The position numbers and the translations under genes are program-made. DNA of 63,529 nucleotides, the filler included, from Olpidium bornovanus S191 (taxonomy: Eukaryota > Fungi > Olpidiomycota), in NCBI GenBank assembly GCA_017911155.1. It is 26 parts of 26 records of this genome, joined end to end, with 100 filler letters (N's around TTAATTAATTAA, not from the genome) between each part and the next. Parts side by side here need not be neighbours in the genome. Positions count along the whole stretch, not along the records: positions 1 to 1,918 come from JAEFCI010001152.1; positions 2,019 to 4,879 come from JAEFCI010009442.1; positions 4,980 to 9,003 come from JAEFCI010003735.1; positions 9,104 to 10,379 come from JAEFCI010006411.1; 22 more parts are not named here. One strand, written 5' to 3'. Each line of letters starts with the position of its first letter. The stretch's first letter is position 1. Positions 1 through 10,098 of the stretch are shown here, piece after piece. The notes under the pieces are model-generated. The model had not been told where the DNA came from and ran no database searches. It saw nothing but the letters and a program-made list of their open reading frames with translations.

Positions 1-267
1 GCATGCGACGGTATTGGTTTCGCGGTGACGGCAGAGGGCGGCTGGTCCTTGAGGCACGTCGTTTACTCTCTCTCGATGAGAAGAACGGGATGAGAAGAAG
101 ACGAGCAAGAGCAGGAGGGAGAGCTCACGTGACTTAATGCGCTTGACGGAAGAAGGGCCGCGGGCGGGGACGGGGCCAAAGCGTCCAAAAGAGCGAGACA
201 GAAAAAAATAAAATAAAATAAAAAACAAAACAAGAAAGAAAGAGGGAAAACGCGACATCGTAGAACC

Positions 268-1002
268 ATGCCGTCGTTTCCCCGGTCGCAGGGACTAGCC
301 ATCGCGGCGGCTTCGCTGTTCGCCTTTGCGTTGACGCTCTGCAGGCGCTACTTCTCCGGCCACCGACCGCACGGTCATTCTTACGCGACAGCCGCGCCCA
401 ATCCCAGCGTGGATGCCTACGAACCGAGTCACGCGACGACTGCAACGGCTCCCGGCGCTGACGCCTACGGACCGTGTTGTGGGGTGACCGCGGCGGGCCC
501 CGAGGCTGACGCGCTTGGACCACGATGGACGACGAGCGGCGGGAGGGGCTGCGGCGCTGAGAAGAAGCAATATCACAGGCCGTCCGCCTACCTCGCGTGG
601 GGTCAAGGCAAACCCGTTGGCGGTCACCTCCCGCCCTGGCGGGCGGGCGCTCGCCGGCCGCAGAGGCGTCGACGTGACCGCGGGTCCCACCAGAATGCCG
701 CCGGCCCTTAAACGACGGACGAGTGCCGGTTCAATGAGTCCCCGCAGGCCAGAAGCCGAAGGGCCACCAGATCAACGGGTGCCCGCTCGTCCACGGCGCG
801 CCTCGCGAAACGCCGAAAACGCAGGAGGGCGGGAAGGTTTGTGGAAGCGACGCGCGGCCGTTTCGCGATCAGGTAAGAACTGGGCGGGATGCTGAACACC
901 TGCGGAAACGCGGGCACCATCGCGAAGGGTCGGGGGGGGACGCGGTCGTATTGCACGCGTGTTGACGGTGGGGGGGGGGGGGGGGGCGGGGGGCGGCGGG
1001 GG

Positions 1003-1035
<33 letters not shown>

Positions 1036-1037
1036 GG

Positions 1038-1075
<38 letters not shown>

Positions 1076-1918
1076 GAGCGGACGCGATCGTTTTGCACGC
1101 GTTTTGACAAGCGAGGGAACGGACGCTGCCGTTTCGCACCGCGTGCTGACGGATCAAAACACCAACAACGCAGGTGATTTGTTCCGTTTGAAACTTGGAC
1201 CAGCCCCGAGCCGACGTCGACGGTCATCTGCCGCGCAAGCGCAACCAGGCGCCCTGCGGTTACGACGTTTACGGAGAACCCGGCCTCGCGACGGTCCAGA
1301 GGACCCGACCGCCACAGCTTTTCCGGAGAAGAGCCGAGGGCTGGCGCAAATTCGTCCGACCGCCTGTTGAAACGCCAGGGGTTCGCAGAAGAGGACCCCA
1401 ACCACCTGAAGAATGTCAAGCAAGGATTATCGCAGTCCGCCGGTCGGCGGACGCGGCGTAAGGCCCAGAAGGGGCGGAATCCCCTCAGCGCAACGATTAA
1501 AGATTTGGCCTTTACGTGCGATCCGCAACAGCGTTGGAAACATCACGAGATGTTCTCCATTCCCGCTGACAAGCGCTGCGCCATAGGGCCCGTCGTCGTC
1601 CCGAACGAGGTACCACAAATTTATACAGATGAGCGTGCTGACAAACTAACGTTGGTGCGTGGCAATTTGGCCGGCTAACGCTATTCTAACCGGTTTGCAC
1701 CGCAACGAATGACCTCTTTCACACTGGCCAGCTACCCGGAATCTTGGCAGTTGAAGAATGCACGTCTGGGGAAATAGCCGACGTGGCCTTTCCTGCTCCT
1801 CAGGACCGCGAATCGGGCAATCAGGACGAGGACAAGTTTATTGCGGCGTTCGGCGGACGTATGCACGTGGAAGCACTCGACGCCACTCTTCCTGCCTCTC
1901 CAAAGCAGGAGCCCGGCC
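268..1918 (+). CDS. Hypothetical multi-exon protein, 3' partial; possible N-terminal membrane anchor
   Basis: ORF 268 starts MPSFPRSQGLAIAAASLFAFALTLCRR (hydrophobic). Later exon-like segments ...HHEMFSIPADKRCAIGPVVVPNE|gtacc...ccag|LPGILAVEECTSGEIADVAF are joined by a GT-AG intron. No family recognised, and the link between the 268 ORF and the later exons is unproven. Confidence 0.35.
968..1073. repeat. About 105-nt near-pure poly-G tract (G-quadruplex-forming or sequencing artefact)
   Basis: Direct reading; one of many long G/C homopolymers in the window. Confidence 0.9.
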
Positions 1919-2018
1919 NNNNNNNNNNNNNNNNNNNNNNNNNNNNNNNNNNNNNNNNNNNNTTAATTAATTAANNNNNNNNNNNNNNNNNNNNNNNNNN
2001 NNNNNNNNNNNNNNNNNN
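1919..2018. other. Artificial contig spacer (44 N + TTAATTAATTAA six-frame stop linker + 44 N); first of 25 identical spacers
   Basis: The same 100-nt structure starts at 1919, 4880, 9004, 10380, 12110, 14689, 16580, 19318, 22287, 24172, 26133, 29583, 32168, 34091, 35765, 36984, 40224, 41649, 45080, 49247, 50883, 55197, 57368, 58585 and 61460. All ORFs containing X...LIN are artefacts of it. Confidence 0.99.
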
Positions 2019-2600
2019 CATGGATAATGGACCTCAGCCAGACGGTTTCCTGGGCCGCTGCCGAACCCGCGACGAACCTCTGCCTCACAGGTAGACGTGG
2101 CGACACGCTTCTGTCGCGCTGGTCTCCATGATACGGGCCCCTCGCCGTAAAGCACGATTAAACCGGTCGTTGACGGGCGGGTCAGGCGACGTCCGGCCCA
2201 GTCTGCGTCGCTGAACGCGATTAGTTTGGACTCCCCTTTTTTTGAATTGGATCCCGCAGTTTGAAGTCCCCGCGAGGTAGCGCAGCATCCGTTTGACGGC
2301 TCCGCAGTGCTTGGTGCTTGGGGATGCAACGAATCGAGACAGGAAGGGCACTGTTAACGCCAAGTCGGGTTTGGTCATGTTTGCTAACCCCATGAGCGAT
2401 CCAACCGTTCGGGTGCACCCTTCCTCCTCTTTGTCGCCCGTCATGGTCGTAGTCAGTGTCTCGAGAGCTCCCGTTTCTAAAGGGGGTTGCGACTAGTTTT
2501 GCGTTCGCCAGGTTGAATTTTTCAAAAAATTTCTTGATGAAATGCTTTTCATCCAACGTTTTGTCCTCCCTCACTCGTTGTTGCCCTGACGCCGAGGGTG
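2019..2600 (-). mobile_element. Ty1/copia reverse transcriptase-RNase H remnant, frameshifted
   Basis: Three successive frames give KHFIKKFFEKFNLANAKLVATPF, LMGLANMTKPDLALTVPFLSRFVASPSTKHCGAVKRMLRYLAGT and LIAFSDADWAG...STTG...GPVSWRPARQKRVATSTCEAE. These are the canonical copia RT C-terminus and RNase H motifs (YxDADWAG, STxEAE). Confidence 0.9.
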
Positions 2601-3764
2601 AAGGAGAGGTTCCCCGCCCTCGGACATCTTTTAATCTTTTAGCGGGTATTCCTTCTATCCTTTCGATGCCTTTTGGCGTCAGGCCCCGTCAGGAGGATGT
2701 CGTCCAAGTAAACCGCCATGACACGTCGCCGGCGGCCTCGTGCCGGGAGCCTTTGACGGCCGGGGCGGCGCAAACTGGTCGGTTGACCTCCCGCGCGTTC
2801 GCCCGCCTGGAGCGGACAAACTCGCCGGCAGGCCGGCTTACGGCACCGACCGAGGGCGGTTTTTGCGGACGGTTGCCAGCAAAACGGTGGGGGAAGGGCG
2901 GGGGGGCGGGGGTCGGTGTGTCGGCAGCAGAGCCGCCCGAGATTTTGACCTCGAGGGTACGCCGTCGTTCGCGCGGGGGCCCCGCCGGCGCTGCAGGAAC
3001 ACTTGAGCCAGGGGGGTCACCCCGTCTTTTCCTGCGCGCGTGGGCCCCCGCACGGGTTGGTTTGTTCGCCGACCTCAAAACGTCGCTTTCATTCTCAGAC
3101 TTCGCGTTCCCGAAAGGGTCGAAAGGAGGGGGGGGGGGGGGGGGGCGGGGGGGGTTGAGCAGCAACAGAACCCCGGAAGGAAGAAGGAGGAGAACCAGGA
3201 GAACCCGCAGTGGAGAGAGCGCGCGAGAAGGAAGACTGTACTCGGAGCGTAAACGCCGTTCGTTATCTACTCTAGACCTCTTTTGTATGACGGAGAACCC
3301 AGAAAGTCTACAAAGGGGGCAACGGGTGCGCGCAGTGCGTCTTCGCCCCGCCCCATTTCCCCCCTTTATTTCCAACATACCGTACGGGGGGGAGAGGAAG
3401 GGGGGGTGGGGGTTGGGGCATTCCCGAGAAAGGGGGTGGTGTTGCTCTCCAAGGGCAGACGGCCGAGACGGTTCGCCGTCATCTGCCTTTAGAGGCCCGG
3501 TGCTTCCCGGCAGCAGCGGCCGTGGCGGTCGACGGGCTTCTGCTCGAGGACCTCATTCGCCCAAAAAACTCGCCGAAATGCGCACTCCGGGCTTGCGGTT
3601 GGTTCCGCTCCCTCGGCGGAGTCTGAGAGTCGTTGGCGCCGTGACGGCGAAAACGTGGAGAACGGCGCGCGCGGACGACGGACAGTGTGGAAGACGCCGC
3701 GGAAGATTGCGCACGGCGCGGGGAACGGGCGGGGCCGTCTCTTTTTCCTTTTCTTTTTATTGTT

Positions 3765-3797
<33 letters not shown>

Positions 3798-4070
3798 CCC
3801 TTCCCGACGCAGAGTCGGTTTTGTTTGTGGCGCGGACGGAAAAGCTCGGTGGGGCACAGCGTATCAAACCAGCGTGGTGCGTTTATGAAATGAAAAACGC
3901 ACCGAGATAGCGGAATCAGTCCTTTCCCGCAGGGTAAAATTAAAAAAACCAAACCTTTCTCCCGACGCAATTCGATTCTTTTAGAAAACAAACCGCATCT
4001 GTAATCCCCAATTTCTTCGCGCGCGCGTGTGAGTGTGTAGAGAGATGTTTATATCTTACACAGATCTGAG

Positions 4071-4103
<33 letters not shown>

Positions 4104-4230
4104 CCCCCCAACCCGTAAAAAATGATATCTATCACGGAGGAAAGCAAAAAAAAAGGAAAAAAAAGGAAATGGAAGAAGAAAAAAAAATCCGCATTAGTCG
4201 ATTGCGTGATCCTCTCCTAAGAGACGGAGG

Positions 4231-4638
4231 CTAATGTCCCGGCGGCTGCCAACAGCGCGAACAGGACGCCGGTCCGCTGAGGCGTGACGAGGGAGCCGGC
4301 GGACGACAAGACGGCGGCCGGCGCCTCGGGCCCGTGGTCCCCGCTTTCGCCGGGCAGACCCGCGGCGTCCTCCTCGGTCCGACCGGCGTCGGCAGATTCC
4401 GCGGGCGCGTCGGCGGCTTCCGCGGGCGCGTCAGCAGTTTCCGCGGGCGAGCCGTCCCTCTGGTTGGGCGTGGCATCGCTCTCCTCATGCCGATTGGCGT
4501 CGTCCTTTTCGGGAAGCGATTTGTAAAAAAAAAAATTCCAAAAAGAAAAAATATCACTAAGGCGGATCGAGAAATAGACGCTCTCTGAAGAGAAAAGAAA
4601 AGAATAACCGGGACAGAGGGTCTTGGGAGGAGGCGGGG

Positions 4639-4683
<45 letters not shown>

Positions 4684-4830
4684 AGCCGCGCAAGGTGAAT
4701 GAAAACAAAAAAAGGGGATTTGTCCGCGGGGGGCGTGGCGGCGGGAGTGGCGTCGGGTGCCGGTTCGGGGACGAACATGGAGTCGTACTTTGCCTTTGCC
4801 CGAACATCTCCGGCTTTGCAACTGATTCTG
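4231..4830 (-). CDS. C-terminal exons of a probable GPI-anchored or surface protein (5' partial)
   Basis: Low-complexity A/D/E/P stalk (AETADAPAEAADAPAESADA) followed by small residues and a terminal hydrophobic tail (SSAGSLVTPQRTGVLFALLAAAGTLASVS*), which is the pattern of a GPI signal. Confidence 0.5.
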
Positions 4831-5480
4831 GCGGAGAACAAATTAACTGGTTCTCCAGAAGCCTTATGGTTTGGCCACGNNNNNNNNNNNNNNNNNNNNN
4901 NNNNNNNNNNNNNNNNNNNNNNNTTAATTAATTAANNNNNNNNNNNNNNNNNNNNNNNNNNNNNNNNNNNNNNNNNNNNCCAATAGTGCACGTGACCCGG
5001 TGTACTCTATAAGAGACGCGCGCAGTGCGGACTGATTCCGAACTCTTGCTCGCGCAAAAAGGCAAAAACAAACAAAATAAGCTCACCATCCTCGTCGCGG
5101 CCGTCGGGCCCATTCGTTGCCTTTTTTTCCCGTCGGGGATTCTCGTCTGAGCGGGGGCGTCGGCTGCCCGCTCTGGTCCAGCAGCGTCAGCTGCTGCAGA
5201 CGGGAACGGTGCGGGGTGATCGGCGCGCTGAGAGGGTCTGTGCGTGGGATCAGCGGGAGGCGCGCTCGGAGACGGATTGATCGCCGTTCACGGGCCCGGC
5301 GCGCCTCGCGAACCAATGGGATCGCCCAGAGCCCCTGCGAGCCCGGAGCCAGTCCTGCTTAACTCCCCTCGCACCGGATCGGTCCGCTAGGCCGGCAGGC
5401 CAGATCGGTGCCGACACCGTCATGCTACCTGCAAACATCATCCCGTAGACACGCCGCTTTACGACTGTTACTCCTATCAT

Positions 5481-5726
5481 TGTTAGCGGCCTCCAATGGC
5501 TATAAGTAGAGAACTATCGTCGTCGGGTTCTGGGTTGCTTCCTCACTCAGATCAACAGAGTTCTTCTTTGTTCTCAACAGATCAAGAGTCCCACTCTCCA
5601 AAGTTAGCAAACAATCACCATAGCAACCTTCCTTCTACCAATCCAACCATGCCTACTCCGCAACTCACCATACTCGATTACGAGCCCCTCCTCTCCTCGG
5701 GCGAAAACTGTTTGTCCTGGAGATTG
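5481..5726 (+). mobile_element. Short 5' LTR (5481-5579, TGTTA...CAACA) plus gag N-terminus of a copia element, interrupted at 5726 by a second element
   Basis: 99-bp TG...CA unit containing TATAAG. ATG at 5649 gives MPTPQLTILDYEPLLSSGENCLSWRL, matching the copia gag N-terminal (L...G.NY.SW) motif and the copy at 33.4-33.7 kb. Confidence 0.6.
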
Positions 5727-5840
5727 TGTTAGATTGTATTCATCCCCGCTGTTGTACTATATGTAGTTTTTCTTTGAATAAAACTCTCCCCCCTCCTCAC
5801 GGAGTGGAAAAACAACGCAACGCAACAGGTTATGAGCCCA
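5727..5840 (+). mobile_element. 101-bp 5' LTR (5727-5827, TGTT...AACA) plus copia-type primer-binding site GGTTATGAGCCCA (5828-5840)
   Basis: Inverted termini TGTT/AACA, internal AATAAA, and an immediately following GGTTATG(A/G)GCCC, the PBS type used by copia elements primed by an internal tRNA-iMet fragment. Confidence 0.8.
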
Positions 5841-6390
5841 ACGGGATGCCCCTTCCCCTCCCGTTGACGCGTCGCCGCTCCCTCCGTCACCCCCCCACCC
5901 CGCCGCCGCTCACCGGCTGCTCATCGCCGCCGTCGCCGCCGCCACTCATCGCGGCCGCCGTCGCCGGCGCCGTCACCACCACCGTCGCCGGCGCCGTCGC
6001 AGCCACCGTCGCAGCCGCCATTTATCGTTGGCCATCGCCGGCCGCCGCCGCCGCCGCCGCCGCTCATCGCAGCCGCCGCTCACCGGCCGCCGCCGTCGCC
6101 GCCGGCCGCTCATTGCCGCCGCCGCTCACCGGCAGCTGCCGTCGCCGCCGCCGTCGCAGCCGCCGCAGCTGCCGCTCATCGCCGGCCATCGCCGGCCGCT
6201 CCTCGCCGCCGCCGCCGCCGCCGCCGTCGCCAGCAGCTGCTCATCGTCGCCGACTTCCCCGCAGCGGCGCCACACCCCGCCGCCGCCGACCGCCGCAGCC
6301 TACACCCAGCTGCCGCCTTCGTTGCCGACTTCCCTGCGTCGGCGCCACACACCGCCGACATTTCCGTGACCGACCACCACCGCTGACACC

Positions 6391-8450
6391 ATGTCCTTCG
6401 CCGACATCACTGAGAAAGGCCCAGCCAGGGCAAGCAAGCCAGGTCGGGGAGCCATTTTCTCCTCTACTCGCTTCACCGGCGTTCCTCACGAGGATGAGTA
6501 CGACGACGTCGTTCCCACCGAGACGGCCAACCCTCTTCCTCTCACGGAAGAGAATGAGATATTGAAAGCACAAGTGAAGTCCCTCCAATGCCAAGTTGAC
6601 CGCCTTACAACGAAAGCAACTGCTTCGTTTTCGTCCCCTTCCTCGACAGACGGATTGCGCCACACAGGCAGCGTACATAAGTATACGTTGCAATTCAACG
6701 CGCTCTCATCATTGATTACTGCTTGCCCGCCCGATGCCCTCATCCTCCAGTACCTCGAGAATCTCAAAGACATCGAGCAATCGCGGCTGTTCCGGGCAAC
6801 ACCGCCACTCTCCGCATGCCAAGCGGCTGCACTTCAGTATGACGCGCTTACCCGTGCAGTCACTGGTCAGGCCACGGCCGCTCTTGTCACTGGTCCGGCC
6901 ACACGGCCAGCACCTTCCTCAATCACCACGTCCCGCAACCGCCAACGCCCAAAGCTGACAACTTCCAATAATTCCCAGAAACGATCCAAGAATCAGCAGA
7001 ATCCACCGTGACAGGATCACTCCAAGTCACGCCAACCGTGCAAATTTTGCACCTTGTCAGACCACTTCACGAGTGATTGTCCACGCATTCCACAAGAGCT
7101 CCACGATGTCACTCGGCATAACCTCGCCGCCCGGCATCAGCATCATCCTCCTGCCGTCGATGTTGCTCGGAATAACCGCACGCCCCTGCCGGACAGCCTC
7201 GGCAAATCATTCCCTGGCGCCGATACCGATCGCCGCCGCCACACCAATCACCGCTGCCACATCGATATCATCATCGATTCTGGTGCAACGGAGCACATGT
7301 TTGTGGACGGCAAAATTTTCAACACCAAATTGACCGCCGCGACCGACATTGAAGTGGCAAATGGTTCCCTCCTCCCCTCTGCGGGAACGAGGACTGTTTT
7401 GCTTCATCAAGCAAGTTCACAACCTCTCTTGAATGTCCTTCACGTCCCCATCTTCCATTCCTCCCTGTTCTCAGTTGCTCGCGCGTGTGACCACGATGCC
7501 ATTGTCATCTTTGATGCACGTACCGTTCAATTCGCGATACAGCCACATCAGAGCTTTTCGCCACCGGATCTCGTCACGGAAATCTGTACCACCTCGACAC
7601 TCGTCCGCGCCTGCATCCTTTTTCTCCAGCACGCCCTTGCAACGACAGTGGATTGGCACCGCCGAATGACCCATCTGGGAAAAGACAATCTACTTCACCT
7701 CTCCAAGATTGACACTGCTGTCACCGTTCCGCCAGACATCAAGTGTGAACCCTGTCAGCTCGCCAAGGCCACACATCTGCTGCATCCTCCGAGCCTGATG
7801 CAGATTGACGAGCTTCTTGCGCTGATCCATACCGACATGGTTAGGCCACTCCTTCTGTCTCTGACCGGAGAAAAATACGTCATCAGCTGGATCAATCACG
7901 CTTCTCGTTATGCTGTTTCTCACGCCATTCCCAACAAGGAATTTGCCACAGTGCAGGCCTGTCTCGAAGCCATGAGAACCACAGCCGAGTGCCAGACCAG
8001 CAAGCTCATTAAGTGCCTCCGTTCCAATCCAGGAGGAAAATACCTGTCTGACATTTTCTGCCAATCCCTCATGGCCCAGGGAATTCAAATGCAATCGACG
8101 ATCCGGGATACGCCGGCACAGAATGGCCTATATGCTCATGTTCTGAAGTCTGAACGACGCGATAAGTTTGCCGAGGCAGCTCAAATCATGTACCTTGTTG
8201 GTTACGCTGCCACATCAAAAGGCTACCGTCTATGGGATCCCATCATGAATGTCGTTTGTAATCGATATGATGTCCACTTTGACGAGACTAAAACATATCG
8301 CGACAACCCCTTGTTCACATCGTCAGATCAATGTTTATCAATCGATTCAACCAATGAAGAGCACGTCATCGAACGAGTTTTGGATCATCAAGCTACCATC
8401 AATGGCATTTTCAAATTTCTCCTTATATGGCGAGGGTTTCCATCATCATC
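6391..8450 (+). mobile_element. Decayed LTR retrotransposon gag-pol: gypsy-like gag, CCHC knuckle, copia protease, GAG-pre-integrase, integrase (internally deleted), SH3-like domain, partial chromodomain
   Basis: LRHTGSVHKYTLQFNAL...LILQYLENLK; CKFCTLSDHFTSDC; IIDSGATEHM; DWHRRMTHLG...CEPCQLAK; LIHTDM...IKCLRSNPGGKY...TPAQNG; DKF...YLVGY...KGYRLWDP...DVHFDE; EHVIERVLDHQ...FKFLLIWRGF. ORFs 6391 and 7054 share a frame and are separated by one TGA (7009-7011). Confidence 0.9.
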
Positions 8451-8639
8451 GATGCGATGTGTGGGCGCCGCACCGCCCGCTCCCGCCGCCCGCTCCCGTA
8501 CTTCCCCCTCCGGCCCCCGGGCGCCACAACCACACCGCCCGCGCTCCCCAAACCAACAACGGAGCGGAAGCGCAGGCGAAGACAAAAGAGGACGCCGGAC
8601 CATGGAAGGCAAGAGCGCCGGAGCAAGCCCCGCCCATGC

Positions 8640-9000
8640 GGGTCAAGACCCGCAACCGCGGGGCAAGACTCGCCACCGCGGGGCAAGTCCCGCCACCGCG
8701 GGGCAAGACCCGCCCACGCGGGGCAGGTCCCGCCACCGCGGGGCAAGAACCGCCCACGCGGGGCAGGTCCCGCCACCGCGGGGCAAGACTCGCCCACGCG
8801 GGGCAGGTCCCGCCCCCGCGGGCCAAAGATCCGCCCATGCGGGGCAGGTCCCGCCACCGCGGGGCAAGAACCGCCCACGCGGGGCGGGTCCCGCCCCTGC
8901 GGGCCAAAGAACCGCCCACGCGGGGCAAGTCCCGCCACCGCGGGGCAAGAACCGCCCACGCGGGGCAAGTCCCGCCCTCGCGGGCCAAAAGACCCGGCCA
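8640..9000. repeat. GC-rich minisatellite with a 20-nt monomer (CGCCACCGCGGGGCAAGTCC-like) arranged as alternating A/B 40-nt dimers
   Basis: About 17-18 monomers read directly; runs into the contig end. Confidence 0.9.
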
Positions 9001-9103
9001 TGCNNNNNNNNNNNNNNNNNNNNNNNNNNNNNNNNNNNNNNNNNNNNTTAATTAATTAANNNNNNNNNNNNNNNNNNNNNNNNNNNNNNNNNNNNNNNNN
9101 NNN

Positions 9104-10098
9104 CAGCCGCGGAAGGAGCTGATCGTCAACGAGATCCTCGTGATGAAGGAGTCGTTACACCCTAACATTGTTAATTACCTGGATTCGTTCCTCGTCCGTG
9201 CGGCAGAGCTGTGGGTGGTCATGGAGTTCATGGAGGGCGGCGCGCTAACAGACGTTATCGACAACAACACCCTTGCGGAGGACCAAATCAGCGCGATATG
9301 CTTGGAGGTAATAAGCTGCGCCGGCGTGGATGCCTTGCGTCGTATCGTGTTCCGGTCGCGTTAACGTCTTTCCATCGGCTCGTAAAATTCACGACAGGCG
9401 TGCAGGGGCCTCGCGCACTTGCATTCCCGCAACATAATCCACCGGGACATCAAATCTGACAATGTTCTGCTCGACATCTCGGGCCGGGTGAAGCTGACCG
9501 ACTTCGGTTTCTGCGCCAAGCTGACGGACCGTCAGAAGAAGCGGGCGACCATGGTCGGCACGCCTTACTGGATGGCCCCGGAAGTGGTAAAGCAGAAGGA
9601 GTACGGCGCCAAAGTGGACATCTGGTCCCTGGGAATAATGGCCATCGAGATGATCGAAAACGAGCCGCCGTACCTCGACGAGGAGCCGCTAAAGGCGCTG
9701 TACCTCATCGCCACGAACGGAACGCCGACGCTCAAAAGGCCGGACCGCCTCAGCCGGGAGCTCAAGGCGTTCCTCGCGGTTTGCCTGTGCGTCGACGTCA
9801 AGAGCCGCGCGACGGCGAACGAGTTGCTGGAGGTGAGAGCGCGTCGCAAGTGAAAAAGCGGCGGCGGATAAGTTTTTTTAATTTTACCGTCGAAATCTGC
9901 GTTACGTCGTTCGTTTTTGATCGTGTACGTTGTTCTGACGTGCCCGACCCGCCTCCCACCCCCGCGGTAATTTCCTTTGGAAACCCACGCGGAATGACTA
10001 CCTGTCTTATTTAAATTCTGCAGCACGATTTTCTCCAGCGGGCGTGTTCCCGGGAGGCGCTGGCACCTCTGCTCCGCTTTAAAGTCAACAAGCACTGA
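9104..10098 (+). CDS. CLA4: PAK/STE20-family kinase of Cla4/Skm1 type, C-terminal kinase domain (5' partial; introns 9308-9397 and 9833-10023)
   Basis: [27 protein letters not shown]...[11 protein letters not shown]...DFGFCAKL...[63 protein letters not shown]; GT-AG introns restore the frame. Confidence 0.93.

Noticed and set aside
708-1177. Pro-rich, Gly-rich, Lys-rich and Phe-rich ORFs (also around 4.6, 27.3, 29.2, 46.4, 54.9, 58.5 and 62.0 kb)
   Set aside because: These are translations of G/C/A/T homopolymer tracts in introns and intergenic DNA; high GC keeps frames open by chance.
1963-1974. Recurrent TTAATTAATTAA motif as a regulatory or repeat element
   Set aside because: It is always centred between two 44-N runs; this is an artificial six-frame stop linker.
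2456-3910. 484-aa plus-strand ORF and the antisense CPLCR-containing ORF (2689-3378)
   Set aside because: The 484-aa ORF is antisense to the copia remnant and low-complexity. The isolated CPLCR lacks the other RING ligands within reach, so I could not support a gene.
5726-6565. Ala/Pro/Arg-rich ORFs after the LTR
   Set aside because: This is the (GCC)n-rich 5' untranslated leader of the retroelement, mirrored by the repetitive leader at 24272-24460.
8640-9000. CRISPR-like array
   Set aside because: The units are contiguous tandem monomers with no unique spacers, there are no cas genes, and the context is eukaryotic.
8450-9051. C-terminal 200 aa of the 665-aa ORF as a repeat protein domain
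   Set aside because: It is read-through into the GC-rich minisatellite, open in most frames on both strands, with no protein-level signal.
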